DNA of 62,886 bases, filler included, from Pirum gemmata (GCA_002812295.1; 16 parts of 16 records of this genome joined end to end with filler, not necessarily neighbours in it); one strand, 5' to 3'. Counted from the first letter of the whole stretch, positions 51,083-62,886 are shown. Made by a program: numbers and translations. The notes: generated by a model not told the origin, from the letters alone.

Positions 51083-51935
51083 CTTCAAAGTTCAAACTTT
51101 CAAATATTAGTAGAAATAGTCAATCCAGCTGTCAACCAATACCGTACCTAGCAATTAATACTGTCAATCCAGGTCTTAATCCGGTTCAGCCATGGACAGC
51201 TCCATCGTTGCCGCCGTCGGTCGACCGTCAACTAGCGGCATGTTTACAAAAAAAAATATTTATTTATTAATAGAGACCAATAGATTCTCATGTCTGATTC
51301 TCATGTCTAGGTCTAGCTAGGTAGATTCTAGCAGTAGGGGTGAGATATCATATCCACTGGAACTTTTTTCGAACAGATGCTTATCGAGCCAACCTTAGTT
51401 CCGTGTTCCTTACTAATAATAGTAGTTAAATAGCTTAAAATAGTAAATCTAATTATAGTAGATGCCAATTAAAGTAATAATATTAACATTAATAGTAATC
51501 TGCTCGGTAATAATAAAATGACGTCATCTCACCCTAGCTATGATACTAAGAAAAGTACCAAATTTTATAATTAATTTTAAAGTTCATTTTAATAATTAAT
51601 TATTGCCTAAAACAGTTTAAGTCATACTTTCGAGCAATGACTTTTATCAAAAAATAAGATGAATATTCTCTCGTCGTTGAAATAGTTATTATAAAATAAA
51701 AGCTTTTTTTAATATCATGCCGTGCTTTTCAGTTTTTTGTCATCATAAAATATACAATAAATAGTACCAAATTAATATTATATAAATCCATTTCATTTAA
51801 TTTGGTATGTTATATTATCTATTTATTCATTTAAAAATGTCAACTTAAACATTATAACCAACCAAATAAGAATAATTGACTTCTTTTATGAATGTTCCGT
51901 TATGATACCGCTAGCTGAAGTTGCTGAAGTTGAAC

Positions 51936-52164
51936 AGTAGGGGTGAGATATCTACTGGAACCTTTTTCGAACAGATGCTTATCGAGCCAACCTTATTTCC
52001 GTGTTTCTTACTAATAATAGCAGTTAAATAACTTAAAATATTAAATATAATTATAGTAGATACCAATTAAAGTAATAATATTAACATTAATAGTAATAAA
52101 ACCATAAATCGGAAAAGTTCCGACAGCTATTCGGTAATAAAAATGACGTCATCTCACCCCTACT
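51936..52164 (+). mobile_element. MITE family D copy with 8-bp TSD AGTTGAAC
   Basis: AGTTGAAC at 51928-51935 and 52165-52172 directly abuts the TIRs. Confidence 0.92.
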
Positions 52165-52540
52165 AGTTGAACAGTATACGTAGTTGAACCTACTTCTTTG
52201 AGCTTCCTTTGGTCGGCATGGTCATCAATAGTAGATTTAAATATCATAACCCTCCAAATAAATATTCAGAGTGAAAAAATAAATGAAAAGGATGATAGTC
52301 TAACTACCAGTATCATAATCAAAACACGATTAAAGCTCCATCCATGTTACTATATATGTTACTGTAGACTCTATAATTATGTATGGGAGCGATGTAACGC
52401 CAATTTCTGGCCAAATGCAGTTTCAAATACCCCTACCTACCTACCCCTCGACGTTAATTTACCGTCAAATACCACCTGCCTACCTACCCCTTGACGTGAG
52501 GTATTATTGGAACGTTCCGTTCCCTATCGGTGGATATTTA

Positions 52541-52725
52541 TCGTGCTTTTCATTTATTTTGTCATTCCGAATATTTATTTGGAGGGTTATAATATTTAAA
52601 TTGACATTTTTAAATCAATATATATATAATAAAATATAGCAAATTAAATTAAATGGATTTATATTATATTAATTTGGTACTATTTATTCTATATTTTATG
52701 ATGACAAAACAACTGAAAAGCACGA
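52541..52725 (+). mobile_element. MITE family C (~185 bp, TA-flanked), the dominant repeat; representative copy
   Basis: TIR TCGTGCTTTTCA(TTTATTTTGTCA)/(TGACAAAACAAC)TGAAAAGCACGA with TA on both sides. About 30 full or partial copies counted by eye, starting near 2118, 4934, 5972, 15602, 16172, 16436, 16949, 17320, 17820, 18258, 18721, 23626, 23966, 24947, 26022, 26472, 27340, 29109, 36995, 38826, 42820, 48158, 51719 and 59555, in both orientations. Confidence 0.93.
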
Positions 52726-52782
52726 TAATTATCATAATAATAATGATAATACCTATCGATAACTGGGAGCTATGAGTATGAG

Positions 52783-53048
52783 CTAGTCTCTATTCGTCAG
52801 CAAGCGCTGTCATTGCACAATGACAAAAAAAGTTTTAGTCTACTTTGACAAACTTTTCGGGAAATGAGAATGAATTACACGACGATCAGCTCACTGCATA
52901 ATATTGAAGTAATTTCCTTTCATTTGATATACTTTTCGTCTCAATTGCGTAATTAAAAGTGTTAATACGACCACGTTGGATTTGAGTAAAACGTCATTGC
53001 ATAATGACGCTGTCATTGCGCAATGACGTGCTGACGAATAGACACTAG
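52783..53048. mobile_element. 266-bp TIR element with palindromic subterminal repeats
   Basis: 20-bp TIR CTAGT(C/G)TCTATTCGTCAGCA with one mismatch. Three copies of the 16-bp palindrome GTCATTGC(A/G)(C/T)AATGAC near the ends. Confidence 0.8.
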
Positions 53049-53227
53049 ACTAGTTCCCGTCCAGGTGGAAATCATAATAACAATATTATTAAAAGATTAT
53101 TATTATCTATTATTATAATATGATAGTAATGTATAAATCAACGAAAATTGGACTTCGCGTATTTATTAAGAATGCGAGATTAATTAAGAATGAGAGAGGC
53201 AAAATTTTCGTTGATAATATGTATACT

Positions 53228-53385
53228 ATTATTAATAATAATGATGTATTATTGACAGTCACCAATACATCTTAATTAAACCACTAATACTCGCTATAAA
53301 TAAACTCATAATAGTTTTACCAGCACCAACGTGTAAGGAGACGACACAATTCCCATGATCATTCAAGGTTTCCACTACTAGATCA
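53228..53385 (-). pseudogene. Superfamily-2 helicase N-terminal remnant (motifs I and Ia), A18-like/large DNA virus type
   Basis: VETLNDHGNCVVSLHVGAGKTIMSLFIASISGL (Walker A GAGKT at 53313-53327), then after a frameshift VLVTVNNTSLL (motif Ia position). Confidence 0.7.
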
Positions 53386-53529
53386 TTGTACACACACACA
53401 CACACACACACATTAACCAATATGTCTATCCAACAATCACTTTGTTTTGAAGGATGGTTGAAGGATCTAACTATAGCTACTAAGGCTATCATATATATAG
53501 CAAGAAGACCTTGGATATTATTCAAGCCC

Positions 53530-54000
53530 AAACCACTATATACTAGCTATAGTAACACTACAATTGATAATGACTAATAGTACTAGTAGTATAAAAAACA
53601 TATATAGAAGAAAGACTCAAAGCAAAAACTTATAATGATAACAACCTCAACAGCCTATGGAACATAGAACAAAATGAATGGAAAAAAATAATCAATAACA
53701 GGAGAATCAATAATTATTTTTCACATATGAATACTAGAAGAAAACCTCAAAGCAAAAACTTATAATGATAACAACTTCAACAGCCTATAGAACATAGCCA
53801 AACCACTATATACTAGCTATAGTAACACTACAATTGATAATGACTAATAGTACTAATAGTATAAAAAACATAGAAGAAAGACTCAAAGCAAAAACTTATA
53901 ATGATAACAACCTCAACAGCCTATGGAACATAGAACAAAATGAATGGAAAAAAATAATCAATAACAGGAGAATCAATAATTATTTTTCACATATTATGAA
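53530..54000 (+). repeat. Near-identical tandem duplication (~200-bp block twice, partial third copy between)
   Basis: AAACCACTATATACTAGCTATAGTAACAC...AATAATTATTTTTCACATAT at ~53531-53728 and ~53800-53995; partial copy at ~53736-53797. Confidence 0.92.
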
Positions 54001-54735
54001 TATTAATACTAACCCAAAGAAAACCAAAATAGTGGACGTCGAAGAGACAACCTTTTCAAAGTCTTTTCTACCAGAAGTCAAACTAATTTTTTTGCAAAAT
54101 TAGAATAGAATGGCTATCCTACTACATCAAAAAAGTATTAGGTATAATAAAAACCCCAATATAGCTAACAACCCCAACAACATNNNNNNNNNNNNNNNNN
54201 NNNNNNNNNNNNNNNNNNNNNNNNNNNTTAATTAATTAANNNNNNNNNNNNNNNNNNNNNNNNNNNNNNNNNNNNNNNNNNNNAAAAAAAAAAAAAAAAA
54301 AAAAAAGAAAAAATAATAATTATCATAATATTATAAACTATTATTTATGATAAATATTTCCATTTGGAGACAGTTTGGAAACTCTCTGGTAAAACTCTCT
54401 GGCTAGTACTACTCTAGTACTAGTATCAGATAGCTAATAGCTATTTTGGTGCCTTTCTCTCTCCTCTTTCCTTTCTGTTTCTTGTTAGCCTGGGTGAAAG
54501 TTGAAACACTGTTGAGGTTTTTTTTTGACAAGGATTTTTTAATTAAAATTCCAAATCCCTATCTATTTTTTTGACAAAGAAACTGGTTTTATTTTTTTAT
54601 AAAGTGATATATTATGATATCATTATGATATCAGAATATATAGATTCAGATAGACACTATCGATATATATACAAATATTAGATATGAAAAGGGCTGTGGT
54701 TTTTTTATTATCATAATATTATTATCAATTAAAAA

Positions 54736-55194
54736 ATGAATTTTTTAACTATCCTCGGCTTTTATGTGTGTGTACTCACTCATGGAATGAAAATGAATTT
54801 TGATCATGATTCTTTGACTGAACTACCCAAGTTAAAAGAGGTATTATCTAAACTATAACACGTACACGTTTCTTAATTTGTTATTTCTAATATACCCTCT
54901 GTACTTTTTTCTAAAATACTGTTGGTATTTACGAATATGTACGCTTTTTATTTTGCACCCATTATTTATTTACCCTACTTATTTAACTTTTCTCCCAAAT
55001 TAAATGATTTTGTAAAGTTTGCAAGTAATGTTTCTCCAGGTGAAGAATTGCAAAAACTCTTAGAGGATAAGTCCAAGCATTTTCGTCCAAATAATGTCAA
55101 TCGATTTTTGAAAGAAATGGAAAAAGGTAATTCACTTTATTTTTTTTTATGAATAGCCACTTTTTGACCATACCTGATACTTTTGCACTTATTG

Positions 55195-55241
<47 letters not shown>

Positions 55242-55991
55242 NNNNNNNNNNNNNNNNNNNNNNNNNNNNNNNNNNNNNNNNNNNNNNATTATTATTATGC
55301 TTATATTATTGAATATTTTATGGGTTAGGCCTATTATTTATTAATTATGAAGTTATGTTCAAGTTATATTATGAATAATAAATTAATATAATAATACCTA
55401 AAGAAAAAATTACTTACAATAATATAAGAATATAATAATATTATAACAATATGATAACATAATAATATGATAACATGATAATATAATAATATAATAATAT
55501 AATGACATACTAATTAATAATAAAATAATGATTTAATAACATAATATAATAATATAACAATATAACAATATAACAATATTATCCAAAAAACTTACACAAA
55601 AATATAATAATATAATAATAATGTAACAATATGATAACGTAATAATATGATAACATGATAATATAATAATATAATAACATAATGATAAAATAATAATTTA
55701 ATAATATAATATAATAATATAATAATATCCAAAGAAAAATTACTTACAATAATAGAATAATACAACAATATGATAACATAATATGGTAACATGATAACAT
55801 AATAATAAAATAAAAATAAAAATTTAATAATATAATATAATAATATAATAACATCCAAAGAAAAAACTACCTATTGGTTTCAAAGTTTTATTGGACTGGA
55901 TCCAATAATTCGTATGGACTTTAATGATGTCTTGAACGATAGGCAACATAGAGTGAATGGAAGATTTTATAGCACTTACACTAAATTCTAA
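54736..55991 (+). CDS. Small putative secreted protein (~114 aa); exons 54736-54840, 55018-55126, 55861-55991
   Basis: MNFLTILGFYVCVLTHG (signal-like)...PKLKE|FASNVSPGEELQKLLEDK...KEMEK|EKTTYWFQSFIGLDPIIRMDF...YTKF*. All junctions are GT-AG and phase-consistent. An extra exon hidden in the N gap at 55242-55287 cannot be excluded. Confidence 0.7.
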
Positions 55992-56696
55992 CTAGAAAAC
56001 AATAAAAGATATAAGTGACAGGCTTTATATGTACATAGCTAACAATAGATAGCAATAATCAATTAAGAATATAAAATGCATTTATAATTTTTCTTTATAA
56101 AAAAAACAAATAGTAAATGTATTGTAAATATTCATACTATTATTAATTATTTATTATTATTACTATTATTATTTATTATTACTATTATTATTTATTATTA
56201 TTATTGTTTATCACGATACCTTAGATGGGAATAAAAGCCAGTCCTCTTCGCTGAAATTTTTATAGCTTGGCTCAGAAATTGATTTTACATTTCTAATCAG
56301 AGTACTTATAGCAATAGAATCGATAAATACATAGTTTTCCAAGTATTTCGATGTCAAGCCAAAATTTCTAAATGTTGTAAAAAAGATAAGGAGGGTTAAC
56401 GTGATCGCAATTGCTGTGTGACAAACTTAAATCCGAACGTTGTTGTTTTTAAGTGTCAGTTATATACTGGTGCAGGTTGGAAATATGTGAAAACCTTGTT
56501 TAACCATTGTTGTTTAATTATTGTGGTCCCGATATAAGTATGTTGTAAAAGTGAGAAAATTTTGTTTAACAAATGTTTGTTTTAAAATGTCTAGTAAGTG
56601 TTAGTTTGTGAGTAGTAGTTTTGGATTATATATATAATATTGTAGGACTTTATTACGTATTGGTCATAACAATGCCTGTAATATATACGAATTTGG

Positions 56697-56698
<2 letters not shown>

Positions 56699-56773
<75 letters not shown>

Positions 56774-56880
56774 TACACGCATACACATACATATACATAT
56801 ACATACACACAAACACACACACACACACGCACGTACGCACGTATGTACACGTCCACACACACACACACACACACACACAG
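56699..56880. repeat. (CA)n microsatellite
   Basis: Long CA run with variants; source of the CV/HT track ORFs. Confidence 0.95.
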
Positions 56881-58898
56881 ACAGAAACATACACATGTAT
56901 TTCTGATATAAGAATATGACATTATACAAGTAGTAGTAGTAGTCCGTAGTATACAATTATTATTTCATAAATTAAAATAAAAACATTTACATTAAATCCG
57001 GGTAGGCATCTGGTCCTCCATACATCATATTATGATACACAACGCTTTCAATGTTAATACCAATAGGGTAAGCTTCGGCCAGGGGCCGGATATATCTATA
57101 CCTATTTACAACTATAAATAACAAATAAAATATTTATTAGTTAAATTCAAATTTATTCGACCTTAAAATATGTTTACAAAGGGTGAAACACTTTCAGTTA
57201 TTTCTATAAGGATAAATATTCAGAAATTAGAAAGTGTTGGGAAATAATTAGGTTAAGAATACATACAATTCGTTATTAGTGCATCGTATTTCTCAACATT
57301 TGGTACAACATGGAATTCTTTTTGATTTTTACTGCTCTTTAAGGCAAAGTGACCTTTGCAAAGTACTGTCAAAAGAACAACGGTGTAAAGTACAAACATA
57401 TATTTAAGTTTACAATTACAAACACACTTTCGTTTTGTTTTGTTCTGTTTTTTATTTTCAATTATAATTTAGTCTATTGACAAAATAGAGAGTTTTTAGC
57501 GTTATTTATAATAAATAATATTATTATAGGTCTACTGTTTTTTTGAGCCCCCCCCCGCCCCCCCCTTGAGCCTGCCTGCGACTCTGGTCCTTTTAGTGTG
57601 GATTTCTTGATGGTTTGATTGGCCAGAAAATGATATAAATGTAATTTTAGAAAAATGATATTTTTCATTTTTTACCGTGGTAATAATGCATAGTTTTCGT
57701 TAATTAATGATAGTTTAACTATAGTTTATATTATTTAGTTTATTTATTTATTATAATATGTTTTCTTTTTTATTTGAAGCTATTTGAATAAACTTAGATA
57801 CATAATTTGGAACAGTGTTTACTGTTGTTATTTGTTTATCATTTATTCAGATCTTAAATTTTGAGGCAGTATTTTCAGGCTTTAGCACTGCTCCACACTG
57901 TCCACATACTCTCCCCAGTCATTATTAAATTTTATGGAGTCTAGAACTGGAATATTAATTATTTATTACAAGTATGTCATATGTATCATAATATGTATTT
58001 TAACTTGTTGTTGTTGTTGTTGTTGTTGCTGTTATTGCTGTTGGATGGCTGGTTGGTTGGTTGTTGTTGTTGATCTATGACTAGCTATATATAGGTACTG
58101 AATTCAAAATTGCCAGGTTTCGTACATTTTGTTACTTTAATATCCCGCATAAAGTGTCTATATAATATTATTGGTATCATTGATACCGGTATCATACATG
58201 CATATATAACTAACAATATCATATTATTATTATAATAATCAATTAATATTATAAGTTTCTAGATCTGTATAATTATAATTTTAATCACTGTTACTATTTT
58301 TCTGTATTTTCATCAACAAATAGTTATAATGATTGATCGATATTAATATTTATATGATATTAATATTGTGTTTTTCAATAGATTCAAAACTTGAATAGTA
58401 TACAGTCCTATTACTACTATTATTAATGTCTATATGCCAGATGGGTCAGAAGTGGGCGTTATCGCCCACTTGTGACCCATTTTTCACTCTTTGACTAACT
58501 TCTGCAATAATCAACCGTTTTAAACCATTCTTAGCTCATTTTAAAGGTCTTGTGACGAATATCTTGGTTAACATATTTTGATTATCATTCATACTGGTAT
58601 TTACCAAATGAACATATCGAGCAGTTACTTTTGTTACTTTTTTAGTGCGAAAATTCGCATATCAAACATGCGTCAAATAAAACATAACATTCAGATATAG
58701 GTTTCTTAGTAGAATTTGTATTTTTTGGTATGGCGAATCTAATTCTGAAAACTAAATATAACAGTTACTAAGCGAAAAATAGACTTATCGCTAGTCTGAT
58801 TTTTTTATTTGAACCAATTACAATCGGCCCTGGAGATCGTTTTTTTTGCTTTTTTTTTATTTTTTTTTTTTTTATAGCAAACAGATAGACTCGAAAGG

Positions 58899-58931
<33 letters not shown>

Positions 58932-61211
58932 TCCCAGAAGTGGGACAAATCCAATGGCGAATTAACATTAAATTTTATTAATTTTGTCTCCAAAAGATGG
59001 AATGATGGGGATCCAGCAACTNNNNNNNNNNNNNNNNNNNNNNNNNNNNNNNNNNNNNNNNNNNNTTAATTAATTAANNNNNNNNNNNNNNNNNNNNNNN
59101 NNNNNNNNNNNNNNNNNNNNNTAATAATAATAATAATAATATTAATGATAAACCCTACTACGTATGCTAATACTAATTATTGATGCTACTACACTGATAT
59201 TACTAAAATACTACCAATACCACTATTTAAATTTGAACAATACCATTATAACTAATATATCAAAATTAATCGTAATTTGCGCGCTTTCTTTTTTGACCAC
59301 AGATTTTTTCGTTTTGTTTTTTAATTTTTTTAATTAATTAAAATAATTCCATGGCGTTTATTTTTTTAATTTTAAAATTCTAAGATTTTAAACTTTTCTG
59401 CTTTGTTATGATAACTAGTTAGTTGTGATAATTTTATCTCTTTTTACTTAAAAAACCACAAAGGTTCCCCAAAATTTTAGACAACATGTGGAGTGTTGAA
59501 TAATAATTATATTTTTGATATTATTTGAGTTTCAGATTTTTATGTAGTAGATTTATTTTGTCACTCTGAATATTTATTTGGTGAGTTATAACTTTTAAAT
59601 ATTTAGTATTTTTTTTAAAAAAATGAATAAATAGATAATAAAATGTACCAAATTAAATGGATTCATATTGTATTGATTTGTTTCTGGTAGATTTTATGAT
59701 GACAAAAAACAACCAAACTATGATAGTGTATCGTACACACCAGACCCTATAGACTAGTATCTACAGTGATTCTACACACCGTCCCCATCGCTGCGGCTGT
59801 TGGCCTGTGGTCGGTTGTAGTTTCCGGCTTTGCCAGTTGAATCCAGTCCTTTGTACAGGAAAGGTACCTATTAGCTAATATAAGAGTCAGCTAATAAAGA
59901 GTTACAAATATGGTAATAAAAAGGGAAGATAAAATTAACGCCAATTAAATGGAATTAATATAAGCGTGTCAGATTGAATGATGATTTAATTGGTGGTGAA
60001 CATTATAATATATATAATTTTTTTAAAATTTTTTTTTGGTGTTTTTCACAGGTTGCATAGACGTCTACGGTTTAGTCCACTTCCAACACCTACTAAAATC
60101 GAGTTATTTTTTTTTTAATGTTATTGATAGGTTTGAAATTGTTTTTCAACCAGGTTTCAACTTTTCTAAAGAAAATTTTTTTTTTAAAAAAAATGTTTTT
60201 TTTTTACCCTGCTAAGCGTATCTGAGTATTCAGACTGTATTCTGAGCGTATCTGAAGTTCTGAACGATACAATAAGCTTTTATGATTAGCTGAATGTTTT
60301 AAATTTTCTATATTTAGAATGGAAAGCCAAAAGCCAAGTGAATTTCCAGGCGGCCTCAAATGGATCGCCAATTAATTGTTAGTCTATGCACCATATGAGT
60401 GTATGAGAACTGTATGAGTTACTATTGTAATCAAAACTGTAATCAACAAAGTGGTCATGATGTCAATTCTTTCCAAAAAATGATGTCAATTCTTTCATGG
60501 TGGTACTTTTTCCTTTTTTTTAATGGGAAACCTTTCATTAGGTACGATATTTATTTTATTTAAATATAAGAAAATATGAAACTTTTTTTTAAATCCTGAT
60601 ATACAATGCGTGAGAGAATTGTTGTTTTTAAAATGTTGTAACTGCTATTATTAGAATTAGTGTAATCAGTACATTATTATTATTGTTGTTGTTATTAATT
60701 ATTATGATTAAACAACTACATAATTTCTGCATATAATTGCATTCTTATTATTTTTTTAAACCTATTACTATTAGAAAGATGAATAGTCCCATATATGATA
60801 AAATGGGATGGTTTTTCTTTGTAATACTTTTTCTTTCATAGTACCAGTGTTACTAATTGTTACTTGTTAATATATATATGTTCGAACCTTTTTATTGAAA
60901 AAGAGAAATGACCTACATCAGATTTTAACTGTTTTTTTTTCACCTAGATTTCATGTACTTAGATAACCAACTGGATATCCCTGTTCTCGAACTGATATGA
61001 TTATTATAGCTTTTTTTAGCTAAAAAATAAAATTAACAAAACGAACACAAGAAAGATAATTATGTGTACTCATAAATCTTCATTACCGTCATAATCATAT
61101 CCATCAACGTCATTAATATCACTATTGACAAATGCCGTGTCATTTTAATTAATTAATTATTATTACTTTTATATAAACGAAAACATACAGATTTCAGAAA
61201 AAAAAAAAAAA

Positions 61212-61245
<34 letters not shown>

Positions 61246-61333
61246 AATTTTAAAAAATAAAGAAATTTTTTATTTAGAATACTATAATGTTGTTTTTTAT
61301 ATTTTTATAAACGTAATAAAAAAAAAGTTGAGC

Positions 61334-62734
61334 TCAATTTTGTTCCTTATTTTCTGCTTTTAATTTGTTTGCAACAAATTTTGTAAACCAATCCGCTTTA
61401 CTATAAATGTTTGTTTGAACTTCGTCACTTTTCAAATATTTACTTAAAGTATATTTTAGAATGATAGTTGGATCTCTTTGAAGTTCATCGATTGAAGGAG
61501 CTTTGTTTATAGAGTAATCCGTCCAGGCTGAAATAGCATCAATTTTAATTGCATTGTTGTAAAAAACATCAAAAACAGAACGGGTAGCATCGGTAGTTTC
61601 ACTCATACCGGAGACTACAGCCAGAGCATTAGTGATCATAACTTGAGCAATGTCAGTAGAAATTACAGAAACACCTTCTTCGAATCTATTCGAACTTACC
61701 AAATCCAAAAACTTTGGAGTTTTAACGAATTCTACTAAAATTTCTTTCATAGCCTTTTCACCAGAGTTTCCATCTCCAGACACTAATATACCCATCATGC
61801 TAGTTCTAAATTTATCACCAAAAATTAGGTCAACCGCTTGCTGAGCTAAATGACCTTTAACATTGTTTACAATTTTAGCTTTGTAATATAAGTCATTGGT
61901 AGGAGATTTCATGCAAACATTGGACCCGATGTAAATATTATTAGTCATAGTACTATTGGTGTCTTTTGCATTTTTAGAAATAAAAACTTGTTGAAAAATA
62001 TCCTTCGTGCCATCCATGAGTTTAAAGCATGTTAATTTAGTTATATAGTTGTCAGCAACGTTTTTAGCTAAAGCGTTTCTTTGTTTCTCTGCATCATTAC
62101 CTTTGTTCATTTGGGCTATCATCTCCTTCATTGTTTGCATTTGTGCATCTCGTTTCGATTTTAAAGCTTCTTTTTGTTTTCGATTGAAACCGAAACGATT
62201 GAAAATTTTCTCGAATAAACTATCACCTTTATTCCATTTTTCCCAAAATGAAGTGGATTTTTGAATGTTTTCTAATTCTTTTTTAAAAATAACTTTTTCT
62301 TGTTTTTCCAATTCTTTCACGTTGTTATTGCAAGCTCGAACTTGTAGTAGAAGATAATCAAATTCAGATTTGGCTTCGGCAACGGCTCTTTCCTTTTTCT
62401 CTTTATCTGCTTCGTTTATTAAACTTTCTTTGTTAATAGGATGATATTCCTTATTGACATGGCCGTCTTGTGTAAAACTTTGCTCAGAACAATCGTTATT
62501 ATTGTAGTAAGTGACGACTAAAGATTCACTAAAATCTAATTCATTTTTATCATTAAAGTCAGTAATAGGATCCACAAGCATTTCTCTTACTTTATTACCT
62601 ACTTCAATCATAGTTTCATGAACAACTGAATTAAAAGCTGTTATGGCAAATTCAGGAATAGTATTTCCATTTTCCGCTGGGGCACCGTAAATCTTTGTTG
62701 CAGTGGCGACTATAGCAAAAGTAAAGATTTTCAT
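61334..62734 (-). CDS. Intronless putative secreted protein, 466 aa, central coiled coil, unknown function
   Basis: Likely start is the ATG at 62734 (MKIFTFAIVATATKIYGAP, signal-like). The track's poly-Ile extension is an (ATA)n microsatellite. E/K-rich helical segment in the N-terminal half. No family recognised. Confidence 0.88.
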   Translation of the reverse strand: MKIFTFAIVATATKIYGAPAENGNTIPEFAITAFNSVVHETMIEVGNKVREMLVDPITDFNDKNELDFSESLVVTYYNNNDCSEQSFTQDGHVNKEYHPINKESLINEADKEKKERAVAEAKSEFDYLLLQVRACNNNVKELEKQEKVIFKKELENIQKSTSFWEKWNKGDSLFEKIFNRFGFNRKQKEALKSKRDAQMQTMKEMIAQMNKGNDAEKQRNALAKNVADNYITKLTCFKLMDGTKDIFQQVFISKNAKDTNSTMTNNIYIGSNVCMKSPTNDLYYKAKIVNNVKGHLAQQAVDLIFGDKFRTSMMGILVSGDGNSGEKAMKEILVEFVKTPKFLDLVSSNRFEEGVSVISTDIAQVMITNALAVVSGMSETTDATRSVFDVFYNNAIKIDAISAWTDYSINKAPSIDELQRDPTIILKYTLSKYLKSDEVQTNIYSKADWFTKFVANKLKAENKEQN

Positions 62735-62741
62735 TGTTGCA

Positions 62742-62777
<36 letters not shown>

Positions 62778-62793
62778 ATTATTATTTGTTGCA

Positions 62794-62829
<36 letters not shown>

Positions 62830-62886
62830 ATTATTATTAATAATAATATTACTATTATTATTACCAGTACTTTATTATTATTATTA

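Noticed and set aside
3773..59121. Regularly spaced TTAATTAATTAA motif between N-runs about every 3.8 kb
   Set aside because: Fixed 100-bp structure with six-frame stops that cuts genes and repeats: an assembly concatenation spacer, not a biological periodic element. Cross-spacer gene neighbourhoods were therefore not interpreted.

Overview
Very AT-rich eukaryotic nuclear DNA: GT-AG introns, TTAGGG tracts, abundant microsatellites. The window is not contiguous. It is 16 short pieces, mostly about 3.5-4.7 kb, joined by 15 artificial 100-bp spacers (N-run/TTAATTAATTAA/N-run), so neighbourhoods only mean something within a piece. Host genes: a spliced class C (GABA-B-like) GPCR, an intronless 7TM receptor-like gene, the 5' part of a gamma-butyrobetaine/trimethyllysine dioxygenase-like gene, two intronless secreted orphan proteins, a small three-exon secreted protein and two partial spliced genes. 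Decayed sequences the ORF track misses or fragments: (i) a tyrosine-recombinase plus HNH-endonuclease cassette of the Polinton-like-virus/virophage type (~39.3-42.3 kb), (ii) a superfamily-2 helicase remnant resembling large-DNA-virus A18-like helicases, (iii) a class C GPCR pseudogene with an OpuAC/ProX-like ectodomain, (iv) LINE RT/APE remnants. Much of the intergenic space is a dense set of non-autonomous TIR elements with TA, 3-bp, 7-bp and 8-bp target duplications. A recurrent pattern of palindromic 4-mer expansions (TTAA, CTAG, ATGC) disrupts repeats and pseudogenes, and one MITE carries an in-register (TTAGGG)8 insertion. All protein family calls come from manual translation and motif recognition, not database searches.
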